NCBI GenBank assembly: GCA_016125285.1
Contig: WGMA01000016.1
Span: 1 to 64,000 of the forward strand
Reading direction: 5' to 3'
Length of the DNA: 64,000 nt
Source: Phycisphaera sp.
GTDB lineage: Bacteria; Planctomycetota; Phycisphaerae; Phycisphaerales; Zrk34
Positions 38,652 through 48,166 of this stretch are shown here, in pieces. Made by a program: the position numbers and the translations under genes. A model generated the notes under the pieces. That model saw only the letters and a program-made list of their open reading frames with translations, was not told the DNA's origin and searched no databases. The number at the start of each line of letters is the position of its first letter. Within the stretch, counting starts at the first letter, position 1.

Positions 38652-40037
38652 ATGAATCCACTACACCAACAACACGACCGCTTAATGACCGCGTGCGTCG
38701 TCGCGCTGCTGCTCGTCGTTGGCGCGTTCGCGTCCACCGTGGCTCGCGCCGACGACAAGCCCAACTTTGTCGTCATCCTCACCGACGACCAGGGCTACGC
38801 GGACCTGGGCTGCTTCGGGTCGCCGACGATCCACACGCCGAATATCGATCGCATGGCGCGCGGCGGCGTTCGGCTCACGAGCTTCTACGCGGCCGCGCCG
38901 ATCTGCACGCCCACCCGCGCCGCGCTGATGACCGGCTGTTACGCCACGCGTGTCGGCCTGCCCACGCCGCTGCACGTCTTCGACGAGATCGGTCTCAACC
39001 CGGCCGAGGTCACGCTGCCGGAGGTCCTCCAGCAGCGCGGCTACCGCACGGCGTGCGTCGGCAAGTGGCACCTGGGTCACGCGCCGGCGTTCTATCCGAC
39101 GCGCCACGGCTTCGACGTCTACTGGGGCACGCCGCTCGGCCACATGTTCGACCGCCCCGCGGTAGGTAAGGCGGTGGGCGACACGTCCGACCTGTTCCTC
39201 GACAACGAGACCGCGATCGCGTTCCCCGACCACGGCGATCTGACCGAACGGCTCACCGACGTCGCGGTGCGATTCATCGCCGAGAACAAGCGGCGGCCGT
39301 TCTTCCTGTTCGTGTCGCACCCGATGCCGCACGAGCCGCTGGCCGTGTCGCCGCGCTTCGCCGGCAAGAGCAAGGGCGGGCTGTACGGCGATGTGATCGA
39401 GTGCATCGACTGGAGCACGGGCCGCATCCTCGCCGCGCTCGAAGAGCACGGGCTGACGGAGCGCACCGTCGTGATCTTCACCTCCGACAACGGCCCGAAG
39501 AAGGGGCACGGGTCGGCCGCGCCGCTGCGCGGATTCAAGCATCAGCCCTACGAAGGCGGCGTCCGCGTGCCGTGCGTCGCGTACGCGCCGGGGCGCATCC
39601 CCGCCGGGCGAACCGTTGACGCCATCACGACGGTCATGGACCTCTATCCGACGCTCGCCGGTCTGGCCGGTGCGCCGGTGTCGCCGCAGCAGGTGCGCGA
39701 CGGCAGGGACATCTGGCCGCTGCTGACCGGAGAGTCGAACGCCGAGCCGGCGCACCGTGAGTTCTTCTACTTCGTCCGGCACGGCGTGCTCGCCGGCGTG
39801 CGCGACGAACGCTGGAAGCTGCTCGAGCAGAAAGGGCTGACGGAGCTATTCGACCTCGTGGCGGACATCAGCGAATCGAGCAACGTCGCCGGGCAACACC
39901 CCGAGATTGTCGCGCGGCTGACCGCGCGCATGCAGGCGTTTGAGAAGGACGTGACGGAGACCAAACGCCCGCCCGCCGGCGCGAAGGCGACGACGCACGT
40001 GAGCAACGGGCAGCAGCATCAGGAGCAACGGCAATGA
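38652..40037 (+). CDS. Sulfatase (formylglycine-dependent)
   Basis: 'NFVVILTDDQGYADLGCFG' and the FGly motif 'CTPTRAALMTG' are present, with a signal peptide. Confidence 0.9.
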   Translation: MNPLHQQHDRLMTACVVALLLVVGAFASTVARADDKPNFVVILTDDQGYADLGCFGSPTIHTPNIDRMARGGVRLTSFYAAAPICTPTRAALMTGCYATRVGLPTPLHVFDEIGLNPAEVTLPEVLQQRGYRTACVGKWHLGHAPAFYPTRHGFDVYWGTPLGHMFDRPAVGKAVGDTSDLFLDNETAIAFPDHGDLTERLTDVAVRFIAENKRRPFFLFVSHPMPHEPLAVSPRFAGKSKGGLYGDVIECIDWSTGRILAALEEHGLTERTVVIFTSDNGPKKGHGSAAPLRGFKHQPYEGGVRVPCVAYAPGRIPAGRTVDAITTVMDLYPTLAGLAGAPVSPQQVRDGRDIWPLLTGESNAEPAHREFFYFVRHGVLAGVRDERWKLLEQKGLTELFDLVADISESSNVAGQHPEIVARLTARMQAFEKDVTETKRPPAGAKATTHVSNGQQHQEQRQ

Positions 40038-40933
40038 TGAGACGACGTGAATTCTGCAAGACGATCGGCGTAGCCACGGGCGCGGTGCTCGGTGCACGCC
40101 TCGGCGTCGGCGCGGCCCACGCGGCCGATGCGCCGTTCAAGCTCAACTACCTCGTCGCATCGGCGTTGTACGGCAAGCTGCCGCTGGCGGAGGTCCTTCC
40201 GGAGGTATCGAAGCTCGGGTCGACGCACATCGACATCTGGCGACTCAATCACGCCAATCAGCGCGAGCAGATCGACGCGATGGGGCTCGACGCGTACGCC
40301 TCGCTGCTCGACCAGCACGACGTCAAGATGGCGTGCACGACGATCTGGGGCGGCGACTTCGTGCCCGAGCTCGACTTCGTCAAACGCTTCGGCGGCGACA
40401 CGCTCGTGACCGGCTTCGTGCCCGACTCGAGCAAGAAGGGCGACACAATCCAGACGCTGCTCGATAAACACCGTGCGGGCATCGAGAAGGCCGCGAGCCT
40501 CGGCGTGACCGTCGCGTTCGAGAACCACGGTGCGTCCATCGACGACATGCGCCGCTTCGCCGACGCGATCCGCGACATGAAGGGCGCCGGCATCGCGTTC
40601 GCCCCGTATCACCTGCCGCAGGACCCCGCGGCGCTGGCGTCGTTGATTGAACACATGGGCCCGACGATGAAGCTGTTCTACGGCTGGCAGCACGGCATGG
40701 GCTGCATGACCAAGCTGCCGAAGGAGCAGGAACTGCTGCAGCTGCCCGGTCGCGGCGACCTCGACTTCACGCCGCTGCTCACGGCACTCAAGAAGACCCA
40801 TTTCACCGGCTGGACCGAGATCTTCATGCACCCCACGCCGCGCGGCATCCCGATCATGCCCACCGCCGCGGAGGTCACCGCGGAGATCAACCGCGCACGC
40901 AACTATCTCGAACAATGCCTCGCGAAGGCGTGA
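40034..40933 (+). CDS. Tat-exported xylose isomerase-like TIM-barrel protein (sugar phosphate isomerase/epimerase family)
   Basis: The twin-arginine signal is 'MMRRREFCKTIGVATGAVLGA'. It has the TIM-barrel AP-endonuclease-2 pattern: 'HIDIW', 'VAFENHG', 'GWTEIFMHP'. Its start overlaps the sulfatase stop. Confidence 0.7.
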   Translation: MMRRREFCKTIGVATGAVLGARLGVGAAHAADAPFKLNYLVASALYGKLPLAEVLPEVSKLGSTHIDIWRLNHANQREQIDAMGLDAYASLLDQHDVKMACTTIWGGDFVPELDFVKRFGGDTLVTGFVPDSSKKGDTIQTLLDKHRAGIEKAASLGVTVAFENHGASIDDMRRFADAIRDMKGAGIAFAPYHLPQDPAALASLIEHMGPTMKLFYGWQHGMGCMTKLPKEQELLQLPGRGDLDFTPLLTALKKTHFTGWTEIFMHPTPRGIPIMPTAAEVTAEINRARNYLEQCLAKA

Positions 40934-40974
40934 TTGTCATCAGTAACCCCATCGACCGCACGAAGGAAGCACCC

Positions 40975-41562
40975 ATGAGTAACAAGGTTCTTATCGTCAT
41001 CGGCGACGCGTCCGAGACGCTCGACACGATGTATCCGTTCTACCGCCTGCAGGAGGCGGGGTTCACGCCCGTCGTCGCCGCGCCGGAGAAGCGGAAGTAC
41101 CAGATGGTCATGCACGAGGTGAAGCCCGGCTGGACCATCACCAAGGAGTGGGAGGGCTACACGATCGACGCCGACGTGGCGTTCGCGGAGATCGACCCCG
41201 ATGACTACGCCGGCATCTTCTTCAGCGGCGGGCGCGCGCCGGAGTACATCCGCTACGACGAGGACCTCGTGCGCGTCACGCGGCACTTCTTCGATCGCGA
41301 CAAGCCGATCGCCAGCGTGTGCCACGGCGTGGAGATCCCGGCGTACGCGGGCTGCGTGAAGGGCCGACGGATGGCGACCGTGCCGAAGTGCAGGTTCGAC
41401 CTGGAGGTGTGCGGCGGCGTGTTCGTCGACGAGGCGTGCGTGGTGGACGGCAACCTCGTGAGCGGGCGCACGTTTCACGACAACGGGCGGTACTTCGGCG
41501 CGTTCATCAAGCTGCTCGAAGAGGCGCGTGCGGCGGCAAACGCGGAGGCGCGCAGCGCGTGA
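40975..41562 (+). CDS. DJ-1/PfpI family protein (class I glutamine amidotransferase-like)
   Basis: '[27 protein letters not shown]' and the nucleophile elbow 'IASVCHG' are present. Confidence 0.8.
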   Translation: MSNKVLIVIGDASETLDTMYPFYRLQEAGFTPVVAAPEKRKYQMVMHEVKPGWTITKEWEGYTIDADVAFAEIDPDDYAGIFFSGGRAPEYIRYDEDLVRVTRHFFDRDKPIASVCHGVEIPAYAGCVKGRRMATVPKCRFDLEVCGGVFVDEACVVDGNLVSGRTFHDNGRYFGAFIKLLEEARAAANAEARSA

Positions 41563-41582
41563 GGCTGACGCTCTACATCTCG

Positions 41583-43826
41583 ATGATGGCGACGTTGCTC
41601 ATGTGCGGACTCGCGCACGCGGCGGATGCGCCGCAGGCATCGCACCCGATCGTGCCGGGCTTCGAGCGGTTCTACGCGACCGGCGAACTCGACGACGCGG
41701 CGCTGGCCGACGGCGGCGAGTTGCTGCTGGCCGAGCTGAACTGCGTGGCGTGCCACGCGGTGGACGACGCGACGCGCGCCCGGCTCAACGCTAAGCCCGC
41801 GCCGGACCTGACGAACGTCGGCACGCGCCTCGATCGAACAGCGATCCGCGACATGATGCTCGCCCCGCACACGCTCAAGGCGGGCACGACCATGCCCGCG
41901 ATGTTCGCCGGTGACGACGGACCGAAGCGTATCGGCATGATCGTCAGCTTCCTCGCGTCGCTGAGCGGCGCCGGGGCGGACGGCGAGCGCGCGTCATCGT
42001 CGGCGCCGTCGCCGGGCGGTTCCGCTGAGCGCGGACGTACCGTGTATCACACCGTCGGCTGTGTGGCGTGTCACGACGCGGATCGCGGCACGGGTGACAG
42101 GGCCGAGGCTTTGCCAACGTCCGTGCCGATCGCGCTGGCGGGGCGATACGACGTGTCGGCGCTCGCGGCGTTTCTGCGCGATCCGTTGGCGGCGCGACCG
42201 GCGGGGCGCATGCCCGCGACGCACCTGACGGCGCAGGAGGCCGCGGACGTCGCGGCGTACCTGCATCAACGGCTGGAGAACGACACGGGTGAAGGGCCGC
42301 CACACCTGGGCCGCATGCCGGCGCACGTCATCGCCGAGGGACAGCGTCAGTTCACCGAGCGGGGCTGTGCGGCGTGCCACACGGTCACGATCAACGGCCG
42401 ACGCCTCGCGTCGACGCGCACCGCGCCGTCGCTGGCGACGCTGCAACCCGAACAACGCGCCGGTTGCATGAACGCCGAGGCGACCGATGGCGTGCCGCAC
42501 TACGGACTCAACGACCGGCAGCGTGCCGCGCTGACCGCGGCGATCGTCCGGCTGCGCGATGACAACATCAAGCCGCTCACACTCGCGCAGCGCGTCGATC
42601 GGACGATGACGCAGCTCAACTGCTACGCGTGTCACAAGCGCGGCGACAAGGGCGGCGTCGAGGCCGAGCGCGCGGCGTATTACACGGTGACCGAGCCGAA
42701 GGCCGAGGCGCTGGGCCCCGAGGGCAAGCTGCCGCCGGTGCTGACGATGGTGGGGCGGAAACTGACGCGCGAGGCGCTCGGTGCGGTGCTCGCCGGCAAA
42801 GCGGATCGCGTGCGGCCGTACATGGGCGTGCGCATGCCGGCGTTCGGCGCGGCGGCGACCGCGCATCTTGTCGACGACTTCGACAAGGCCGACGTGTGGG
42901 ACCACCCGATCCAAATCGACACGTCGGGTGGACTGCGTCACCAGCGCGAGCGGTACGGTCGCTCGCTGATCGGCGTCGAGGGCCTGAACTGCGTGACGTG
43001 TCACGGGATCAAGGGCAAGGCGTCGCTCGGCGTGCCCGCGCCGGACCTGACGTACGTGACGCATCGGCTACAACCGGAGTACTTCAAGGCGATGCTGCTG
43101 AACCCGCAGGCGTTGCGGCCAGGCACGATGATGCCGCCGCTGTTCACGGGGCGGAAGAACGCGGACATCGAGATCGAGCAGCTGTGGACGTACCTGAAGG
43201 AGGCGGACCAGCGACCGCTGCCGACGGGGCTGCTGGATCGCGGCACGTACGAGTTGAAGCCGGACGCGACGAGCGGGCCGATCGTGTTCCGCACGTTCAT
43301 GGAAGGACCGAAGGGCGAGGCGCTGACACGTGCGATCGCGGTGGGGATGCCGTCGAAGACGCACGCGGCGTTCGACGCGACGCGCGGTGCGTGGGTGATG
43401 GCGTGGCGCGGCGCGTTCATCGACGCGATGGGCACGTGGGACGACCGCTTCGCGCCGCTGGCCAAGCCGCTCGGCGACGACGTGCGCGCGCTGCCGGTCG
43501 GGCCGACGCTGGCGCGGCTCACGAGCGGCGACGCGAAGTGGCCCGGCGCGTGGGCCGATCGCGACGTTTACCGCTTCGGCGGATACCGCGTCGGTAAGGA
43601 CGGCGGGGTGACGATGCTTTACACGGTCGACGGCTTGTCGGTGGAGGACACGCTGCACGCCGCGTCGGACGGGCACGGGCTGCGGCGAACGGTGAAGCTG
43701 AGCGCTCGTGGCGGTGAGGATGCGGCACGCGACTGGTGGTTCCGCGGCTACGGGCACACCGCGGAACCACGGCGCGTGTCGCTGACCGACGGCGTGGAGA
43801 CGATCGAGGAGGTGATCACGTGGTGA
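41583..43826 (+). CDS. Multi-CxxCH c-type cytochrome domain protein (Pirellula/Verrucomicrobium-type heme-binding domains)
   Basis: Five CxxCH motifs: CVACH x2, CAACH, CYACH, CVTCH. It has a signal peptide. An alternative GTG start at 41559 overlaps the upstream stop (GTGA). Confidence 0.8.
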   Translation: MMATLLMCGLAHAADAPQASHPIVPGFERFYATGELDDAALADGGELLLAELNCVACHAVDDATRARLNAKPAPDLTNVGTRLDRTAIRDMMLAPHTLKAGTTMPAMFAGDDGPKRIGMIVSFLASLSGAGADGERASSSAPSPGGSAERGRTVYHTVGCVACHDADRGTGDRAEALPTSVPIALAGRYDVSALAAFLRDPLAARPAGRMPATHLTAQEAADVAAYLHQRLENDTGEGPPHLGRMPAHVIAEGQRQFTERGCAACHTVTINGRRLASTRTAPSLATLQPEQRAGCMNAEATDGVPHYGLNDRQRAALTAAIVRLRDDNIKPLTLAQRVDRTMTQLNCYACHKRGDKGGVEAERAAYYTVTEPKAEALGPEGKLPPVLTMVGRKLTREALGAVLAGKADRVRPYMGVRMPAFGAAATAHLVDDFDKADVWDHPIQIDTSGGLRHQRERYGRSLIGVEGLNCVTCHGIKGKASLGVPAPDLTYVTHRLQPEYFKAMLLNPQALRPGTMMPPLFTGRKNADIEIEQLWTYLKEADQRPLPTGLLDRGTYELKPDATSGPIVFRTFMEGPKGEALTRAIAVGMPSKTHAAFDATRGAWVMAWRGAFIDAMGTWDDRFAPLAKPLGDDVRALPVGPTLARLTSGDAKWPGAWADRDVYRFGGYRVGKDGGVTMLYTVDGLSVEDTLHAASDGHGLRRTVKLSARGGEDAARDWWFRGYGHTAEPRRVSLTDGVETIEEVITW

Positions 43827-43840
43827 ACGTGCGCTTAACG

Positions 43841-45355
43841 ATGCTGGCGATCGCGACGCTTGCGCTCGCCGCGACGTGCGCGTTCGGCGCGGCGACGCCG
43901 CCCGACGCGTCGGCCGAGTCGGCGCAACGCCAAGCGGCGCGCGCCGACGAGATCGCGCGACACTACCAGACGGTCACCGTCCCGTTGCCCAGCGGGCTCA
44001 AGCTCGAGGCGAGCGGCCTGGCGGCGTTGCCAGACGGGCGACTCGCGATCGCCATCCGCAAGGGCGAGGTGTGGATCGCCGACGGCGTCGAGTCGAAGAC
44101 GCTCACCGACAAGAACGTGCGTTTCACCCGCTTCGCATCCGGTCTGCACGAGCCGCTCGGTCTGACGCTGCACGACGGTGACCTCTACACGACGCAGCGC
44201 AGCGAGGTGACGCACCTGCGAGACACCGACGGTGACGGCGTGGTCGACGAATACCTCACCGCCGGGACGGGCTGGGGCGTGTCGGGCAACTATCACGAAT
44301 ACGCGTACGGCCCGGTGTTCGATCACGCAGGGCGCATGTGGGTGACGCTTAACACGACGATCGGCAAGCCGCTCGTCGATGACGTGGCGTGGCGCGGCTG
44401 GTCGATGGTGCAGGACAAGCCCGGCGGGGACATGCGGCCGGTCAGCGCGGGCCTGCGCTCGCCGATCGGCATCGGCGTCAATCACGAGGGCGATGTGTTC
44501 GCGACGGATCACCAGGGCAACTGGTTCCCGACGTGTCCGCTGCTACACCTCAAGCCCGGCGCGTTTCACGGACACGCCGATGCGCTCAAGTCATCGAAGC
44601 TGGCGGGCGCGACAGTCACCGGCATCGGCAAGCTGCCGGAAGGTAAGACGGTCGGCGAGGTGGCGCAGCTTGTGTCGCAGTATCAACTCCCGGCGGTGTG
44701 GTTCCCGTACGGCAAGATGGGGCAGGGCACGACGGGGATCGTGTGCGACGAGACCGGCGGGAAGTTCGGGCCGTTCGAGCACCAGTTCTTTGTCGGCGAG
44801 TTCACGCTGTCGCGCGTGAGCCGGGTGTGGCTGGAGAAGGTCGGCGGCGAGTATCAGGGCGCGTGCTTCCCGTTCCTGGCGGGGTTTGACTCGGCGGTGG
44901 TGTCGCTGGAGTTCGGGCGCGACGGTTCGCTGTTCGTCGGCGAGACGAACCGCGGGTGGAACTCGGTCGGCGTGCGATCCTTCGGGCTGCAGCGCGTGCG
45001 ATTCACGGGCAAGACGCCGTTCGAGATCCAGTCGATGAGCGCGACGTCGGACGGGTTCGTGCTGACGTTCACCGAGCCTGTCGACACGAAGACGGCGGGC
45101 GACCCGGCGGCGTACCGCATGAGCAGTTACACGTACCGCTACAGCCCGGCGTACGGCGGCGACGAGACGAACACGCGGCGGCTCACGATCAGCGCCGCGC
45201 GCGTGCTCGACGAGCGCCGCGTACGGCTGACCGTCGACGGCCTGCGCGCGACGTACGTGCACGAGCTGCACGCCGAGGGCGTGCGCGCCGCCGACGGACG
45301 CACGCTGCTGCACGCCGAGGCGTACTACACGCTCAATCGCATCCCGTCGGAGTGA
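43841..45355 (+). CDS. Glucose/sorbosone dehydrogenase-like beta-propeller protein (putative membrane-bound dehydrogenase domain, partner of the CxxCH protein)
   Basis: It has a signal peptide and a propeller-like sequence, 'GEVWIADG', 'DGDLY', 'HEGDVFATDHQGNWFP'. An alternative GTG start at 43823 overlaps the stop of the cytochrome gene, suggesting translational coupling. Confidence 0.6.
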   Translation: MLAIATLALAATCAFGAATPPDASAESAQRQAARADEIARHYQTVTVPLPSGLKLEASGLAALPDGRLAIAIRKGEVWIADGVESKTLTDKNVRFTRFASGLHEPLGLTLHDGDLYTTQRSEVTHLRDTDGDGVVDEYLTAGTGWGVSGNYHEYAYGPVFDHAGRMWVTLNTTIGKPLVDDVAWRGWSMVQDKPGGDMRPVSAGLRSPIGIGVNHEGDVFATDHQGNWFPTCPLLHLKPGAFHGHADALKSSKLAGATVTGIGKLPEGKTVGEVAQLVSQYQLPAVWFPYGKMGQGTTGIVCDETGGKFGPFEHQFFVGEFTLSRVSRVWLEKVGGEYQGACFPFLAGFDSAVVSLEFGRDGSLFVGETNRGWNSVGVRSFGLQRVRFTGKTPFEIQSMSATSDGFVLTFTEPVDTKTAGDPAAYRMSSYTYRYSPAYGGDETNTRRLTISAARVLDERRVRLTVDGLRATYVHELHAEGVRAADGRTLLHAEAYYTLNRIPSE

Positions 45356-45455
45356 TCGGCGTAGCACCGTGCGACATCCCTGAAAATGACCAATGCCCGA
45401 GGCGCTCCACTCGCCATCGGGCATTGCTCGTTTGTGTCGAACTGATCTGTCGTGT

Positions 45456-46652
45456 TTACCGCTGCGCCTGCAGCGGTGTCGACTGCATCCGCTGCCAGCC
45501 GACGGTGGAGCCGACGTTGGGGTCGAGATTGGCGTTGTTGGACAGCAGGTATTCGCCGGACTCGGAAACCCACACGTCGCGGTAGCTGCTGGGCAGGTCG
45601 ACGGTGTTGCCGGTGTAGGGGTTGGCGTACTGATCGACGCCGCGGACGTAATTGGAGAACTGGCGATTGACACGGTCGTAGGTGCGCTGCTGGTTCTCGT
45701 ACGCGGATCGGTTGATCTCGCGGATCTCGTCGCTGGCGCGGGCGATGTAGCGGCTCAGCTCGCCGGCGCTGCGGATCGCCCCGGCCTGGCGGTTGTTGAA
45801 CAGCTGCACGACGTAGAGGTATTCGGTGAGCCACTCGGGGCTGACGCGGACGCTCGACACCATCGCGTGCATCACGTCGGACCGCGCGTTGAGCTGACCG
45901 GCGGGGGCGCGGAACGAGTAGAGCCGCACCGGCGTCCACAGCGTCGTGCCCGGCGCGACGGGGCTGGTGGTGTAGGCGATCGCGACGTAAAAGTCTTCTT
46001 CGTACGCGACGCCGTGGAAGTAGTACGCGATGCGGATGCGTTCGGCGGAGACGGTCTTGCGGGTGCTCGGCTCGGCGATGGACGTGGCGAGCGTCTGCGC
46101 GACGTCGCGCATCTCGCGGTGGTCGACGAGGCGCGGCTGGATGCCCGGGCGGATGCTCGGCAGCAACTGGTCGACATACTGCACCGGCGACAGCGGCCGA
46201 GCGACGATGTTGCCGAGGTAGTTGCTGCCCTCGGGGAATCCGTAGTAGCCGCGATCGGACCACGTGTAGTTGATCGACGGGTAGACCTGCAACGCCTCGC
46301 CGCCGTCGGGGTTCCACGCCAGCATCGACACGGCCGCGAGGTTCGAGCGGTCGTGCATCCACACCACGCCACCCTGGCTGCGCCAGCCCTGCGGCACGAG
46401 CATGCGGAACGCTTCGATGTTGTTGATCTGCGCGTCGCGGACGACGAGCGGCGCGAGGCGCACGGCCTGGCCCGCCAGCGACGGATCGGCCTGCTGGCCG
46501 CGCGTCGCCGCGGGCGCCGCGATCAGGATCGCCACCACGATCGCCGACCCGAGCCCGCGCCCCGGACGTCTCGGCCCGCGCGGCTTACGCTGCACGCCCC
46601 GACTCGACTGTTCTCGATTCCCCCGCATCGAACTGTGATTCAGCGTCTGCAT
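45456..46652 (-). CDS. Hypothetical secreted protein
   Basis: It has a signal-like 'LGSAIVVAILIAAPAATRG'. No family was recognised. The track ORF extends to 46685. Confidence 0.45.
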   Translation of the reverse strand: MQTLNHSSMRGNREQSSRGVQRKPRGPRRPGRGLGSAIVVAILIAAPAATRGQQADPSLAGQAVRLAPLVVRDAQINNIEAFRMLVPQGWRSQGGVVWMHDRSNLAAVSMLAWNPDGGEALQVYPSINYTWSDRGYYGFPEGSNYLGNIVARPLSPVQYVDQLLPSIRPGIQPRLVDHREMRDVAQTLATSIAEPSTRKTVSAERIRIAYYFHGVAYEEDFYVAIAYTTSPVAPGTTLWTPVRLYSFRAPAGQLNARSDVMHAMVSSVRVSPEWLTEYLYVVQLFNNRQAGAIRSAGELSRYIARASDEIREINRSAYENQQRTYDRVNRQFSNYVRGVDQYANPYTGNTVDLPSSYRDVWVSESGEYLLSNNANLDPNVGSTVGWQRMQSTPLQAQR

Positions 46653-46828
46653 GACCTTTCCCCTGTCTGGCCCACGACGTGGCATCGCCGGGCGTTCTTG
46701 TCTTCGTGTTCCTCACCGCAACGCCGTGTTGCGTGCTGTATACCCGAACAATAGTGTTCAAAATACACGAAGTCAAAGAATCGGGGAAATAACGTACATT
46801 TCGCATAAGTTGGGCTGGAAACGGAGAT

Positions 46829-48145
46829 TCAGGTGAGGCTCAGCGGGCCGTCGGCGCAGTAGTCGGGGTTGCCGAAGGTGTTGATGCGGTGGCCGAACCC
46901 GTGGGCGAGCGCCATCAGCAGGCGGTTGTGGGCGACGCCCTTGAACTTCAGCGAGCGGCCCATCTTGAAGTCGAGCCCGCCGCCGACCAGCACGAACGGG
47001 ATGTTGTCCAGCGTGTGGCTGTTGCCCTTGCCCAGCTCGTTGGTCCAGACGATCAGCGTGTTGTCGAGCAGCGTACCCTCGCCGCCGGGCTCGGGCGTCT
47101 CGGCGAGCTTCTTGGTGAGGTACGCCAGCTGCTCGCAGTACCACTTGTTGATGCGTGTGAGCTTGTCCTTCGCGTCGTTGTTGGAGTCCGGCTCGTGCGA
47201 CAGCCCGTGGTGTCCCTCGTCGATGCCCAGCCAGCGCATCTTCGCCTGCCCGACCGAGCGGGTGAACTGCAGCGTGGCGATGCGGGCGAAGTCCGCGGCG
47301 AAGCTGTTGACCAGCAGGTCGATCTGCGTCTGGCTGATCTTCGGCATGTTGTCGTTGTCTTCGACGATGCCCGGCTCGAGCGTCGGCACGGCGTGGTCGT
47401 TGCCGCGCTGCTTCGACGCCTGCAGCTCGCGCTCCATCTCGCGCACCCACTGCGCGTGCTCCTCGAGCAGGCGGCGGTCGTCGGCGCTGACACGCGTGCG
47501 CAGCTTAGCGAGGTCTTCCTGCAGCTCGTCGAGCACGCTCTTGAGCGACTCCTGGTCCTTCACGCGGCCGTACATCTTGTCGAACATCTGGTACGGGTCG
47601 TCGATCGGCGCCAGCGGCTGGTTCGGCCCGGCGTACGACATGCGTGTCCAGGTGTCGGCGCGTTCGGGCACCATGACGCCGAACTCCAGCGAGCCGAAGC
47701 GCGTGCGCGTCGCGGCGTTCTTCTGCAGCTGGTTCTTGATCTCCTGGTCGATGGAGATGCCGCTGGACCAACCGGCGGGCGTGTGCGAGCCGCCCTGGAT
47801 GTTGCCGGGGAACAGCTCGATGCCGGTCAGCAGGCAGCCGATGCCGCGCATGTGGTTGTCGCCGTCGCCGCGCACCTTGTCGCACACGCCGTTGAGGAAC
47901 AGCGTGCGGTTCTTGAACGGTTCGAGCGGCGAGGTCGAGTCCTTGAGGTTGTAGTTTTCGCCTTCCTCGCCGGGCCAGAAGTTCTCGGGGATCACGCCGT
48001 TGGGGCTGAACATGACGATCAGCCGCTTCTTGCGCTGCGTGGTCTGCGCGAAGCCGAGGCTGGGCATGTTGAGCAGGAACGGCAGGGCGGCGGCGCTGAG
48101 GCCGAGCTCCTGCATGAACTGTCGTCGTGTCTGTGGCTTGCCCAT
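46829..48145 (-). CDS. Tat-signal protein of the Planctomycete DUF1552-like family (partner of the PSCyt/DUF158x-type protein)
   Basis: The twin-arginine signal is '[19 protein letters not shown]'. It is about 438 aa and lies immediately downstream of a ~800-aa CxxCH-headed protein, the characteristic gene pair. The family assignment is from memory and was not confirmed. Confidence 0.55.
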   Translation of the reverse strand: MGKPQTRRQFMQELGLSAAALPFLLNMPSLGFAQTTQRKKRLIVMFSPNGVIPENFWPGEEGENYNLKDSTSPLEPFKNRTLFLNGVCDKVRGDGDNHMRGIGCLLTGIELFPGNIQGGSHTPAGWSSGISIDQEIKNQLQKNAATRTRFGSLEFGVMVPERADTWTRMSYAGPNQPLAPIDDPYQMFDKMYGRVKDQESLKSVLDELQEDLAKLRTRVSADDRRLLEEHAQWVREMERELQASKQRGNDHAVPTLEPGIVEDNDNMPKISQTQIDLLVNSFAADFARIATLQFTRSVGQAKMRWLGIDEGHHGLSHEPDSNNDAKDKLTRINKWYCEQLAYLTKKLAETPEPGGEGTLLDNTLIVWTNELGKGNSHTLDNIPFVLVGGGLDFKMGRSLKFKGVAHNRLLMALAHGFGHRINTFGNPDYCADGPLSLT

Positions 48146-48166
48146 GGCGCTACTCCTTGCCCTTCC

